Positions 1 to 8,911 of a stretch of 64,000 bases of DNA are shown here, piece after piece. The stretch covers positions 1,024,001 to 1,088,000 of the forward strand of contig CAVPLT010000004.1 of NCBI GenBank assembly GCA_963706325.1, in the 5' to 3' direction. This DNA comes from an uncultured Nitrospiraceae bacterium (GTDB lineage: Bacteria; Nitrospirota; Nitrospiria; Nitrospirales; Nitrospiraceae). Below the pieces are notes generated by a model that worked only from the letters and a program-made list of their open reading frames with translations, did not search any database and was not told where the DNA came from. Both the position numbers and the translations under genes were made by a program. Numbering within the stretch: the stretch's first letter is position 1; each line of letters opens with the position of its first letter.

Positions 1-1269
1 GCCGATGCGATCGAACAGCTCGAACGCCTGAAGCCGTGGCTGGTGGTCACGGATCTGAAGATGCCGCGGTTGAACGGACTCGAACTGGTCAAGGCCATCA
101 AACAGAAGGCTCCGCACACGTTCATTATCCTTATGACTGCTTACGGCACGGTGGAGACTGCAGTGGAAGCGATGAAGTATGGCGCCAACGACTACATCTT
201 GAAGCCCTTTTCTACCGATTTGCTGGAGCGGGTCATTCTCAATTTGCAGGCGACCACGGCAACGGACGAGCAAGAGAATCCGGCCACATTAGAAGCGAGG
301 CCTATCTTAACCCAAGACCCCGGCATGATTCGGCTCCTCACGACCTTGGAGGGTGTCGCGGCGAGCCAAGCCACCGTGTTGATCAGCGGCGAAAGCGGCA
401 CGGGAAAAGAGCTGTTGGCGCGCTACATCCACGCGCGAAGCCCTCGCGCGCATCGTCCATTCGTGGCCTTGAATTGTGCCGCGCTTCCGGACAGCCTCTT
501 AGAGAGCGAGCTCTTCGGGCATGAGCGAGGCGCCTTCACCGGAGCCATTCAGAAAAAACTGGGCAAGTTTGAAATGGCCCACACCGGCACCCTGTTTTTG
601 GATGAAATCAGCGAGATGAATTTGGGATTGCAGTCCAAACTGCTGCGGGTGTTGCAAGAGCGCGAGGTCGATCGTATAGGCGGGCGGGAGCCGGTGCCGG
701 TGAATATCCGGGTGATCGCCACGACTAATCGCTCGCTGTACCATGAAGTGACCCAGGGACGATTTCGCGAAGACCTCTTCTATCGATTAAATGTGTTTCC
801 CGTCACCGTACCTCCGCTCCGTGAGCGGCCTGGGGATATCCCGCTCCTGGCCAGGCACTTTCTCCGCGTTTCGGCTCAACGAAATAGTCTGACAATGCCC
901 ACCTTGTCCGAACGCGCCGTGGCGGACCTGCAATGCCGGCCATGGAAGGGCAATGTGCGTGAATTGGAAAATGTGATGGAACGCGCCATTTTAGTGGCCG
1001 GCGGGGCCGCCGTGGACGTGGATCATCTGTTGCCCGGCGATGGTACGGTCATCGTCCGGGAACCCGACACGACGGAATCCATTCTACCGTCTTCCAGCCA
1101 CGGATCATTGTGGGAGATGGAGCGCGACCTCATCTTTAAAACCTTGGCCAGGGTAAAAGAGAACCGCACGCATGCCGCAAAAGAATTAGGCATCAGTATT
1201 CGAACCCTTCGGAACAAACTGCGGGAATATCGCGGCATGGGCTATCCATTGGAAGCGGAAAAGTCTTAA
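1..1269 (+). CDS. Sigma54-dependent response regulator (REC-AAA+-Fis HTH; FlrC/FleR/NtrC-like), 5'-truncated
   Basis: Frame open from base 1. REC 'VTDLKMP...MTAYG...LKPF', Walker A GESGTGKE, GAFTGA loop, 'FLDEI', C-terminal HTH 'NRTHAAKELGISIRTLRNKL'. Confidence 0.93.
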   Translation, partial: ADAIEQLERLKPWLVVTDLKMPRLNGLELVKAIKQKAPHTFIILMTAYGTVETAVEAMKYGANDYILKPFSTDLLERVILNLQATTATDEQENPATLEARPILTQDPGMIRLLTTLEGVAASQATVLISGESGTGKELLARYIHARSPRAHRPFVALNCAALPDSLLESELFGHERGAFTGAIQKKLGKFEMAHTGTLFLDEISEMNLGLQSKLLRVLQEREVDRIGGREPVPVNIRVIATTNRSLYHEVTQGRFREDLFYRLNVFPVTVPPLRERPGDIPLLARHFLRVSAQRNSLTMPTLSERAVADLQCRPWKGNVRELENVMERAILVAGGAAVDVDHLLPGDGTVIVREPDTTESILPSSSHGSLWEMERDLIFKTLARVKENRTHAAKELGISIRTLRNKLREYRGMGYPLEAEKS

Positions 1270-1288
1270 CGCGGCCGATAGCGTGCTG

Positions 1289-1301
1289 GGCAGATTTTTC
1301 C
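1289..1301. promoter_or_regulatory. Putative upstream activator site GGCA-N5-TTCC for the flgB promoter
   Basis: GGCAGATTTTTCC, about 85 bp upstream of the -24 GG; the motif recurs before the other sigma54 promoters. Confidence 0.55.
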
Positions 1302-1384
1302 CACGGCGGGCATCCATGCCGGATGTCCTCGTAATACGCTCAAGGCAAACCCCTCACGGAATAGGGACCGTGGCGACATAGGCG

Positions 1385-1400
1385 CGGTATACAGATTGCA
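1385..1400 (+). promoter_or_regulatory. Sigma54 (-24/-12) promoter of the flgB operon
   Basis: CGGTATACAGATTGCA = GG-N10-GC with TTGCA at -12, about 40 bp before the flgB ATG. Confidence 0.7.
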
Positions 1401-1441
1401 GCTTCCACACATGACTGAAGTGAAACCCTGGAGCTGGCACG

Positions 1442-1849
1442 ATGACTATTTTTGACCGGACGATGCAATTGCTCGAGCGCTCGTTGGATCTGCGCGGTGC
1501 ACGACAACAGGTCATTGCGGCAAACATCGCCAACGAAGAGACTCCCAAGTATCGCGCGACGGACTTGAATTTCGGTCAAGCCTTAGCGAGCGCCCAGCGA
1601 GGCAAGCTGCCGATTAGCTTGGTGTCCACCAACCAGAACCATATCGGTCCTAAAGGAACCGGCTTTCAACAGGTGGTGGGCCGTATTGAAGAAGTCTCTG
1701 CAGGGGATCTGCCTTTGGACGCCAATTCCGTCAATATTGAACTCGAAATGGCCAAGATGTCCGACAACGCCCAGCAGTACAACACCGCCGCGACGATCAT
1801 CGGTCTACGATTCAAGCAATTGATGACCGCGATTCGCGAAGGACGGTAA
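1442..1849 (+). CDS. flgB: Flagellar basal-body rod protein FlgB
   Basis: 'QQVIAANIANEETPKY' and 'NSVNIELEM' motifs; position. Confidence 0.95.
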   Translation: MTIFDRTMQLLERSLDLRGARQQVIAANIANEETPKYRATDLNFGQALASAQRGKLPISLVSTNQNHIGPKGTGFQQVVGRIEEVSAGDLPLDANSVNIELEMAKMSDNAQQYNTAATIIGLRFKQLMTAIREGR

Positions 1850-1908
1850 CCACGTGATGTGTGTGCAGCAGCCTCGCTCTTCAACACGTTACAACCAAGA
1901 GGTATGTG

Positions 1909-2358
1909 ATGGATATGACAGATAGTCTCGCCGTGTCGGTCTCCGCCCTCGATGCTCATCGGCATCGATTGAATGTGATCGCCAGCAACCTCGCCAATGC
2001 TCAATCCACCAAAACCAGCACCGGCGGGCCCTATCGGCGCCGGGATGTCGTCTTCCAGGCCACGCCGGTGACCTCTCCGTTTCAACGCGCGTTGAAACAA
2101 GTGGCGACAGGACCTGGGCGTCATGCGTTGGATGGCGTCAAAGTGGCCCGTGTCATCGAAGATCAAAAGCCCGGGCAGACGGTGTATGACCCGCGTCATC
2201 CCGACGCAGACAAAAAGGGTTTCGTTACGATGCCAAACGTGAATGTCATGGAAGAAATGGTCAATATGATCGGCGCCTCTCGCGCCTATGAAGCCAACGT
2301 CCAGGCTATCAACGCGACTCGGACCATGTGGAATCGCGCGCTGGAAATCGGGAGGTAA
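1909..2358 (+). CDS. flgC: Flagellar basal-body rod protein FlgC
   Basis: 'IASNLANAQST..GGPYRRR', 'YDPRHPDAD..GFVTMPNVN'; start set at ATG 1909 after RBS AAGAGG. Confidence 0.95.
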   Translation: MDMTDSLAVSVSALDAHRHRLNVIASNLANAQSTKTSTGGPYRRRDVVFQATPVTSPFQRALKQVATGPGRHALDGVKVARVIEDQKPGQTVYDPRHPDADKKGFVTMPNVNVMEEMVNMIGASRAYEANVQAINATRTMWNRALEIGR

Positions 2359-2360
2359 CG

Positions 2361-2675
2361 ATGTCTGACCTGCGCATTGCCGGAGCGAACCTTCCCAGTG
2401 CATTCGAAATCCCGGAGATTCACGCCCCCGGGCAGAGTACCGAGGCCGGTGCGGCGGGCAATTTTATGGGCTCGCTCAAAGAAGCGATCAGCCATATTAA
2501 TGACGCCCAGTCCGGTGCAAGCCAAGCCGTTGACGCGCTGGTCACAGGCCAAACCACCAACATCCATCAAACCATGGTGGCCCTACAGCAGGCTGACGTG
2601 TCCTTTCAATTGATGATGCAGGTGCGGAACAAGTTGGTCTCGGCCTACGAAGAAATTCAGCGCATGCAGATCTGA
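2361..2675 (+). CDS. fliE: Hook-basal body protein FliE
   Basis: C-terminal 'QVRNKLVSAYEEIQRMQI'; RBS GGAGG. Confidence 0.95.
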   Translation: MSDLRIAGANLPSAFEIPEIHAPGQSTEAGAAGNFMGSLKEAISHINDAQSGASQAVDALVTGQTTNIHQTMVALQQADVSFQLMMQVRNKLVSAYEEIQRMQI

Positions 2676-2724
2676 CGGCGGTTCTCTCGTGTGCCACTCA
2701 CGCGAATAAAGGAATGTCCATCCC

Positions 2725-4281
2725 ATGTTTTCGAAATTCAACCAGTTCACGATCAATCAACGGTTCATCATTCTGTTGGCCCTCGCCGGGTCTGTCGCGG
2801 GCCTGGTGGCGGTCACGCTTTGGACTCAACAGCCGGATATGCAGGTGCTCTTCGCGAACTTGGCGGTTGATGATGCATCGGGGATTATCGACAAACTCAA
2901 GGATGCAAAGGTGCCCTATGAGACGACGAACGGCGGTACCACTGTCTTAGTGCCCAATGCGCAGGTACACGATCTGCGTCTCGAAATGGCCGGTCAGGGC
3001 CTGCCGCACGGTGGTGGGGTAGGGTATGAGATCTTCGACCGAACGACGATGGGCATGTCCGATTTCGTGCAGAAATTGAATTATCGTCGCGCCTTGCAAG
3101 GCGAGTTGGCGCGGACTATTACGCAGATGCCGGAGGTCGAACGTGCTCGAGTTCACCTGGCGATTCCTGAGCGTCGGCTCTTTGCGACGGAACAGGATCG
3201 AGCGCGCGCCTCAATTGTCGTGTCTCTGCGCGCCAGTCAAACGTTGACCAAGGCTCAGGTTCAGGGTGTCGTGCATCTCGTGTCCAGCAGCGTCGAAGGT
3301 CTGCAAGCGCGGGATGTCACCGTTGTAGACGGCCATGGAAATCTCTTGTCGAATACATCGACTGATGAATCGGCAGGACTGTCGGGCACGCAGATGGAAT
3401 TCCAGCGCACCCTGGAGAAGGATATTGAAACCCGCATTCAGACGATGCTCGAGCGAATCGTCGGTGTCAACAAGGCAGTCGTTCGTGTCTCGAGCCTATT
3501 GGATTTTAGAAAAATTGAGACGACAGAGGAGCGCTACGACCCAAATGGCCAAGTCGTCCGCAGCGAACAACGCGGACAGGAACGCTCCAGCGGGGTGAAC
3601 GGCACCTCCGGTGGCGTGCCCGGCGTCGAATCGAACGTGCCCGGAGGCACAGAGGTCGAGGGGGGCCAGACGAGTTCGAACAATAACCAGACGAAGAATG
3701 AAACGGTCAACTATGAAATCAGCCGAACCGTATCCCGTATCGTGGAGCCGACCGGGACGATCAAGAAACTGTCGGTGGCGGTCCTTGTGGACGGCACCTA
3801 TGAGGGCGGAAAAGCGGGTGAGGCGACATCGGACCAGCCAAAGAAGTATGTGGCCCGCTCCGAGGAAGAAATGAAACGTATTGAAGACATCGTCAAAAAA
3901 GCCATGGGTTATTCACCCGAACGACAGGATCAAGTCGAGGTCGTCAGCATTCAATTCGGCCTTGGTGCCGAAGAGCCGGTAGGGACAGCCGTTGAAGCCA
4001 CACCGGATGCTGCGAAGGTGTGGATGCCCTATGCCCGTTATGCCGTGGGCGGGGTCTTGTTCTTTCTGATTCTCTTCATGGTAGTCAGGCCGCTGATGAC
4101 GATGTTGGTGGAATCAGCGCCGGCTTCAGCCGTAGGAGGGACGCCGGCCTTGCCGGCCTCTGTAGGACAGGTCGAAGCCGCCATCAGCGGCAAACAACCG
4201 TCCCAAATTCTGGACATGGCCAAAAATAATCCTGCCAACACGGCCGTGGTCGTCAAACAGTGGCTGAAAAGCAATGCCTAA
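2725..4281 (+). CDS. fliF: MS-ring protein FliF
   Basis: Two TM helices; 'GYEIFD', 'RALQGELARTI', 'GGVPGVESN'. Confidence 0.96.
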   Translation: MFSKFNQFTINQRFIILLALAGSVAGLVAVTLWTQQPDMQVLFANLAVDDASGIIDKLKDAKVPYETTNGGTTVLVPNAQVHDLRLEMAGQGLPHGGGVGYEIFDRTTMGMSDFVQKLNYRRALQGELARTITQMPEVERARVHLAIPERRLFATEQDRARASIVVSLRASQTLTKAQVQGVVHLVSSSVEGLQARDVTVVDGHGNLLSNTSTDESAGLSGTQMEFQRTLEKDIETRIQTMLERIVGVNKAVVRVSSLLDFRKIETTEERYDPNGQVVRSEQRGQERSSGVNGTSGGVPGVESNVPGGTEVEGGQTSSNNNQTKNETVNYEISRTVSRIVEPTGTIKKLSVAVLVDGTYEGGKAGEATSDQPKKYVARSEEEMKRIEDIVKKAMGYSPERQDQVEVVSIQFGLGAEEPVGTAVEATPDAAKVWMPYARYAVGGVLFFLILFMVVRPLMTMLVESAPASAVGGTPALPASVGQVEAAISGKQPSQILDMAKNNPANTAVVVKQWLKSNA

Positions 4282-4293
4282 CCGATCACGATC

Positions 4294-5289
4294 ATGAGCA
4301 AGGAACTGTCGGGCGCACAAAAAGCTGCGATTCTATTACGGGCCATCGGGGAGGAAGCCGCCGCAAGCGTCATGAAGGCGCTTGACCCGAAGGATATTCG
4401 AAAGCTCGGGTCCTTTATGAAGGAAACGGCGAATATCACCAAGCAAGAAGAAGAAAGTGTGATCGCTGAATTCGAACAGGCAAGTTCTTCCGGCGAAGTG
4501 CAGTTCGAAGGCCGAGAGTTTATGGAAGCCATCTTGAAAAAAGCGCTGGGCCCCGATAAGGCCGCCCGAATGCTGGATTCTCTAAATACTAAGACCTATC
4601 CCGGCATCGATGCCCTGAAATGGGTGGATCCCCGCACCGTGGCGCAGATTCTAAAAGTCGAGCACCCGCAGACAATTGCCGTATGCCTTGGACAGATGGA
4701 AGCGGAGCAAGCAAGCGCCGTCCTCGCTTTGCTGCCGGTGCATCTACATGCCGACGTCTCGCTCCGGCTGGCCACCATGCAGGAGGTACAGCCAGACGTG
4801 CTTGCGGAGTTGAGCGAGAGTCTGCAGGAAATTCTGGCCGCCTCAATGGGAATGTCCAGTATGACGGTAGGCGGAACCGAACTGATGGCCAACATCCTGA
4901 CGCGAGTCGATAAGAACACCGAAGGCGCCATCATGACCAAAATTACCGAACACGATCAAACGTTGGCCGACAGTATTCGAGCGCTGATGTTTGTCTTCGA
5001 TGATCTGATTGACCTGGACTCCCGAGGCATGCAAGAGCTGATGAAAGAGATTAGCAAAGAAGATCTCCCCGTGGCGCTCCGCGGAGCCGCTCCAGAGATC
5101 AAGGACAAGTTTCTGGCTAATATGTCCAGCCGAGCCTCCGAAATGCTGAAAGAAGACATGGAAGCGCGAGGGCCGGTCAAAGTGTCCGACGTCGAAAGAG
5201 CGCAGCAGAACATACTCAAAGTGTGTCGCAAGCTGGAGGAGGAAGGTCGCATCGTCATCGGTGGGGGCGGGGGCGAGGAGTTGATGTAG
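4294..5289 (+). CDS. fliG: Motor switch protein FliG
   Basis: 'QKAAILL', 'EHPQTIA', 'MFVFDDL', 'NMSSRA'. Confidence 0.96.
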   Translation: MSKELSGAQKAAILLRAIGEEAAASVMKALDPKDIRKLGSFMKETANITKQEEESVIAEFEQASSSGEVQFEGREFMEAILKKALGPDKAARMLDSLNTKTYPGIDALKWVDPRTVAQILKVEHPQTIAVCLGQMEAEQASAVLALLPVHLHADVSLRLATMQEVQPDVLAELSESLQEILAASMGMSSMTVGGTELMANILTRVDKNTEGAIMTKITEHDQTLADSIRALMFVFDDLIDLDSRGMQELMKEISKEDLPVALRGAAPEIKDKFLANMSSRASEMLKEDMEARGPVKVSDVERAQQNILKVCRKLEEEGRIVIGGGGGEELM

Positions 5290-6339
5290 ATGGGAACCCT
5301 TGCCCTGCGAGCATCGTCGGCTCTGTCGTCTGCCCCAGTATCCGAGAAGGAGCTCTCGCCACGAGCCATCTTGGTCGTAGACGATGAACCGGCCATCTGC
5401 TTACTGTTGACCGAAATGCTGAGTTCCACCGGTCACCCTGTGCTCACCGCCCCTTCCGCGGACGAAGCGCTGGCGCAACTGCGCAGACACCCGATTGCCG
5501 TGCTGATTGTTGACGTGCAATTGGCCACCACCGATGGAATTGCCTTCTTGGAACGGGCGCTGGAAGTCGATAGCCGCATTCTGAGCATCATCATGACCGG
5601 GCATGGCAACATCGAGCTGGCCGTTCGTGCCATGAGAGCCGGGGCTGCGGATTTTTTAACCAAGCCGTTTCAAATCGAATTGGTACGTCTAGCCGTCTCG
5701 CGTCTGCTGGAACTATACCGCTTGCGACAAGAGAATACCGTGCTCACGCGAACTTTGATTCGCTCAGGGAATATCCAGTTGCGGACGGTGCCCTTGGCGG
5801 ATTTTAGCCGCGGCAACAAGTTGTTCGGCACCGATGATGTGACGGAATTTGAACGAGGAGTCGCGGAGGGTGAAAAGCGAGCGACGGAACGCGTGTCGGC
5901 CACGCGAAGTCAGGAGCAGGCATTGGTGACCGCGCTCATGGCCCAACTGGAGCACACGTGGCGCGGGTTGCATGAGACCGTGGAAGAGGAAGTCACGTCG
6001 CTGGCATTCACGATCGCCCAGAAGGTTTTACGCGATGTTGTCACCGAGACACGCGATGTCATCGTAGCGCAAGTACGCGCGGCGCTCGCGCATCTGCATG
6101 AAAGCGGGCTTGTGCGAATCCGCGTGCATCCCTCCGATCTCGCCGTGCTGGAGTCCTCCCGGGCCGCATTGAGCCAGACCCCGCACGGGCTTCTCAGTTT
6201 GAAATTTGAATCCGATCCGAGCATCAGCCCAGGAGGATGCCTGGTGCACGCATCAAGCCTATTGGTTGATGCGACATTAGATACGCAACTGCTGCGGCTG
6301 GGTGACGCGTTACGAAAGCGAGAAACCGGTGAAGCTTAG
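5290..6339 (+). CDS. fliH: FliH with an N-terminal response-regulator receiver domain
   Basis: N-half REC (VVDDE, IVDVQL, MTGHG, TKPF); C-half FliH ('FERGVAEG', 'IRVHPSD', 'ISPGGCLV', 'VDATLDTQL'); lies between fliG and fliI. Confidence 0.88.
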   Translation: MGTLALRASSALSSAPVSEKELSPRAILVVDDEPAICLLLTEMLSSTGHPVLTAPSADEALAQLRRHPIAVLIVDVQLATTDGIAFLERALEVDSRILSIIMTGHGNIELAVRAMRAGAADFLTKPFQIELVRLAVSRLLELYRLRQENTVLTRTLIRSGNIQLRTVPLADFSRGNKLFGTDDVTEFERGVAEGEKRATERVSATRSQEQALVTALMAQLEHTWRGLHETVEEEVTSLAFTIAQKVLRDVVTETRDVIVAQVRAALAHLHESGLVRIRVHPSDLAVLESSRAALSQTPHGLLSLKFESDPSISPGGCLVHASSLLVDATLDTQLLRLGDALRKRETGEA

Positions 6340-7636
6340 CGAGCGGCTCGAACAAGTTGAACCGCTCTCCGTGACAGGGCGTGTCGCTCAAGCGGTCGGC
6401 ATCGTGATTGAGGCCTCCGGTCCCTTCACCTCGGTGGGGGAAGTCTGCGAAATTACCCGCGAGGGAGGCCATGGCTCTGTCATGGCGGAGGTCGTCGGCT
6501 TTCGGGAAGACCGTGTTCTGCTGATGCCCCTCGGAGAAATGCAGGGTATTGGGCCTGGAAGCCGTGTGGTGATGAAGGGGCATGTCGCATCCGTGCCGGT
6601 CGGACCACAGATGCTCGGTCGGATTCTTGACGGACTGGGCCATCCGCTCGACGGCTTGCCGCCCGTTCGCGCCGAGGCGCGGGTTCCGCTGTACGCTGCG
6701 CCACTTAACCCTCTGCATCGTGCCCGGATTACACAGCCTGTCGATCTGGGGATTCGAGCGATCAATGCGCTCCTGACCTGCGGGCAGGGACAGAAAATCG
6801 GCGTGTTTGCCGGGTCAGGGGTCGGAAAAAGCGTCCTCTTAGGCATGATCAGTCGATACACGCAGGCTGACGTGAGGGTCATTGCGCTCGTGGGGGAACG
6901 AGGCCGCGAAGTGAAAGAATTCTTGGAGCGCGACCTCACACCGGAAGCCCGAGCCCGATCGGTCGTGGTAGTGGCGACTTCAGATCAACCCCCCCTCGTG
7001 CGTATACGCGGTGCGTTAGTGGCGACCGCCATTGCAGAATATTTTCGCGACTGCGGCAAGCATGTGCTCTTGATGATGGACTCTCTATCCAGGTTAGCCT
7101 ACAGCCAGCGGGAGGTTGGATTGGCCATCGGCGAACCTCCGACAACAAAGGGTTACACACCCTCGGTGTTTTCGGTTCTGCCGAAGTTGTTGGAACGAGT
7201 CGGACCGGCGCAGAGCGGGGGTAGCATTACCGGACTCTACACGGTGCTGGTTGACGGTGACGATCTCAATGATCCGGTGGCCGATGCCGTGCGCTCCATC
7301 CTCGACGGGCATATCGTGTTATCTCGTGAACTCGCGGCGAGAAATCATTTCCCTGCTATCGACATTTTGCAGAGCACGAGCCGTGTGATGCGGGATATCG
7401 TGACACCGGCGCATTACGCAGCCGCACGATTGGTGCTCGAACGCACGGCGATGTACCGCAGATCCGAAGATTTGATTACCCTGGGGGCGTACAAACCGGG
7501 GAGCAGCAAAGAACTCGACAAAGCCGTGACGGCTCACGACGGCATCACAGGATTCTTGCGTCAGGAGATTCAGCAGCCGATCGGCTTTCCTCAGTCCCTC
7601 GACGCGTTGCAAGCCCTTGCGGGAAGCATTCAATGA
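6329..7636 (+). CDS. fliI: Flagellar export ATPase FliI
   Basis: Walker A 'AGSGVGKS', 'GERGREV', 'GEPPTTKGY', 'LDGHIVLSR'; GTG start is approximate. Confidence 0.96.
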   Translation: MKLSERLEQVEPLSVTGRVAQAVGIVIEASGPFTSVGEVCEITREGGHGSVMAEVVGFREDRVLLMPLGEMQGIGPGSRVVMKGHVASVPVGPQMLGRILDGLGHPLDGLPPVRAEARVPLYAAPLNPLHRARITQPVDLGIRAINALLTCGQGQKIGVFAGSGVGKSVLLGMISRYTQADVRVIALVGERGREVKEFLERDLTPEARARSVVVVATSDQPPLVRIRGALVATAIAEYFRDCGKHVLLMMDSLSRLAYSQREVGLAIGEPPTTKGYTPSVFSVLPKLLERVGPAQSGGSITGLYTVLVDGDDLNDPVADAVRSILDGHIVLSRELAARNHFPAIDILQSTSRVMRDIVTPAHYAAARLVLERTAMYRRSEDLITLGAYKPGSSKELDKAVTAHDGITGFLRQEIQQPIGFPQSLDALQALAGSIQ

Positions 7637-8073
7637 ACCTGAGAGTGCTTCGAACGTACGCGTTGCAACTCGAAGAGGTCGCCAAGCTGGAACTGTCTGA
7701 ACTTTCACAAACGTTGCAGCAGACAGTTGAGCGAATGACGACGCTGGATTCGCAGACCCGCGAGGATGCCGACCGGTATTTGCTGCAGGTGCGGGAGGGG
7801 ACCACAGTCGATCAGGCGTATGCTCAGCTCGACGCCATGGATCAGGCCATTGCCGCTCGCAAAGGATTGGAACAGGCGCATGCCGCACAACAACTCCAAT
7901 GGTCGACCAAGCGCGATGCATTGCTCGAGGCGATGCAATATCGAAAGAAACTGGATCTTCTGGGCGCACGGGCCATTCAAAAACAATGCCGTCATCAGGA
8001 ACAGCAGGACCAACAATTACTCGATGAGCGTGCTTGGCGACGGAGTCCGTCGAAATTGGGAGACCAGGCATGA
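7633..8073 (+). CDS. fliJ: Export chaperone FliJ
   Basis: 146 aa coiled-coil protein after fliI with ATGA overlap; 'QEQQDQQLLDE' C-terminus. Confidence 0.8.
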   Translation: MNLRVLRTYALQLEEVAKLELSELSQTLQQTVERMTTLDSQTREDADRYLLQVREGTTVDQAYAQLDAMDQAIAARKGLEQAHAAQQLQWSTKRDALLEAMQYRKKLDLLGARAIQKQCRHQEQQDQQLLDERAWRRSPSKLGDQA

Positions 8074-8714
8074 CCTCGATTGAACGGTTCAATCGGGCGG
8101 AAGCTCGAACGTTCCGTCTCTACAGACTGCTGCGCGCGACCGTCGCCCTCGCGCTGACAGGCCTTCTTTTCGCGGCAATTTCGGCGTCCGCCGCGGGACC
8201 GACCACCGAGCCTCCCCCCTTGGAGGATGAGACGTTGCCCCCCAGCGTCAAGAGTACTCTTCAAGGACCCGCGATCAGTGCGCCGCGAGAGATCCTCGAC
8301 ATGTTAGAACAGCGACGGCGCTTCCTGGATAAACGAGAAGCCGCACTGCGGGGGGCCGATACGCACCTTCTGGAGTTGAAGTCTGAACTGGAGCAGATCG
8401 TCACTCGTCACGAGAAGCTCGTTGAGGCTGAAAGGAAACGGGCTCAGGCAACGTTGGCTAAAACCTCGACTGAAGCCGACAAATCGAAAGATCCCCGGAA
8501 TCCCGGTGCGCGCAATGTCAATCAAGCGCAATTAGCAAAAATCTATGAGGCCATGCCTCCGGAAGAAGCCGCGGCGCGTCTGGAGAGGATGCCTGAACGG
8601 AAAGCGCTGGAGGTACTTCGGCTCCTTAAGGGCAAATCCGCGGGCTCCATCCTCGCTGAAGTCAAACCAGACCGCGCGGCTCGTTTGACCGAGCAACTGC
8701 TGAGCAGTCCCTAA
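8070..8714 (+). CDS. MotE/FlbB/YlxF-like protein (signal or TM segment, coiled coil, MgtE-N-like C-terminus)
   Basis: 'LAKIYEAMPPEEAAARL...AGSILAEVKPDRAARLT'; usual position between fliJ and fliK. Confidence 0.75.
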   Translation: MTSIERFNRAEARTFRLYRLLRATVALALTGLLFAAISASAAGPTTEPPPLEDETLPPSVKSTLQGPAISAPREILDMLEQRRRFLDKREAALRGADTHLLELKSELEQIVTRHEKLVEAERKRAQATLAKTSTEADKSKDPRNPGARNVNQAQLAKIYEAMPPEEAAARLERMPERKALEVLRLLKGKSAGSILAEVKPDRAARLTEQLLSSP

Positions 8715-8740
8715 CACCCTCACGAATCAACGCATCGTGC

Positions 8741-8775
8741 GGCAGCTTTTGCCGCGATCTCCTGCAGAAACTTCC
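8741..8775. promoter_or_regulatory. Tandem putative activator sites upstream of fliK
   Basis: GGCAGCTTTTGCC (8741-8753) and TGCAGAAACTTCC (8763-8775), starts 22 bp apart. Confidence 0.6.
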
Positions 8776-8847
8776 TTTGTCCGGATCCGCTCCTCGGCTG
8801 CCTTCAAGGAAATCGCGCGTGATGCGAGTTTTTATGCGCAGAAGTCA

Positions 8848-8863
8848 TGGCACGGCCTTTGTA
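8848..8863 (+). promoter_or_regulatory. Sigma54 promoter of fliK-flgD-flgE
   Basis: TGGCACGGCCTTTGTA: perfect -24 TGGCACG, variant -12 (TTGTA). Confidence 0.65.
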
Positions 8864-8911
8864 ATGGTGTCCCATGGTTACTCACCGGATCAGGAGCACA
8901 CCGGAACATCC

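Noticed and set aside
1274..1281. GCCGATAG sigma28-like -10 element before flgB
   Set aside because: No -35 match at the 15-bp spacing; a sigma54 element explains the promoter better.
1340..1385. GGCAAACC...GGGAC upstream of flgB resembling a c-di-GMP-I riboswitch P2 arm
   Set aside because: No GNRA tetraloop, no following GCAAAGC or receptor stem, and it lies upstream of the predicted sigma54 start site.
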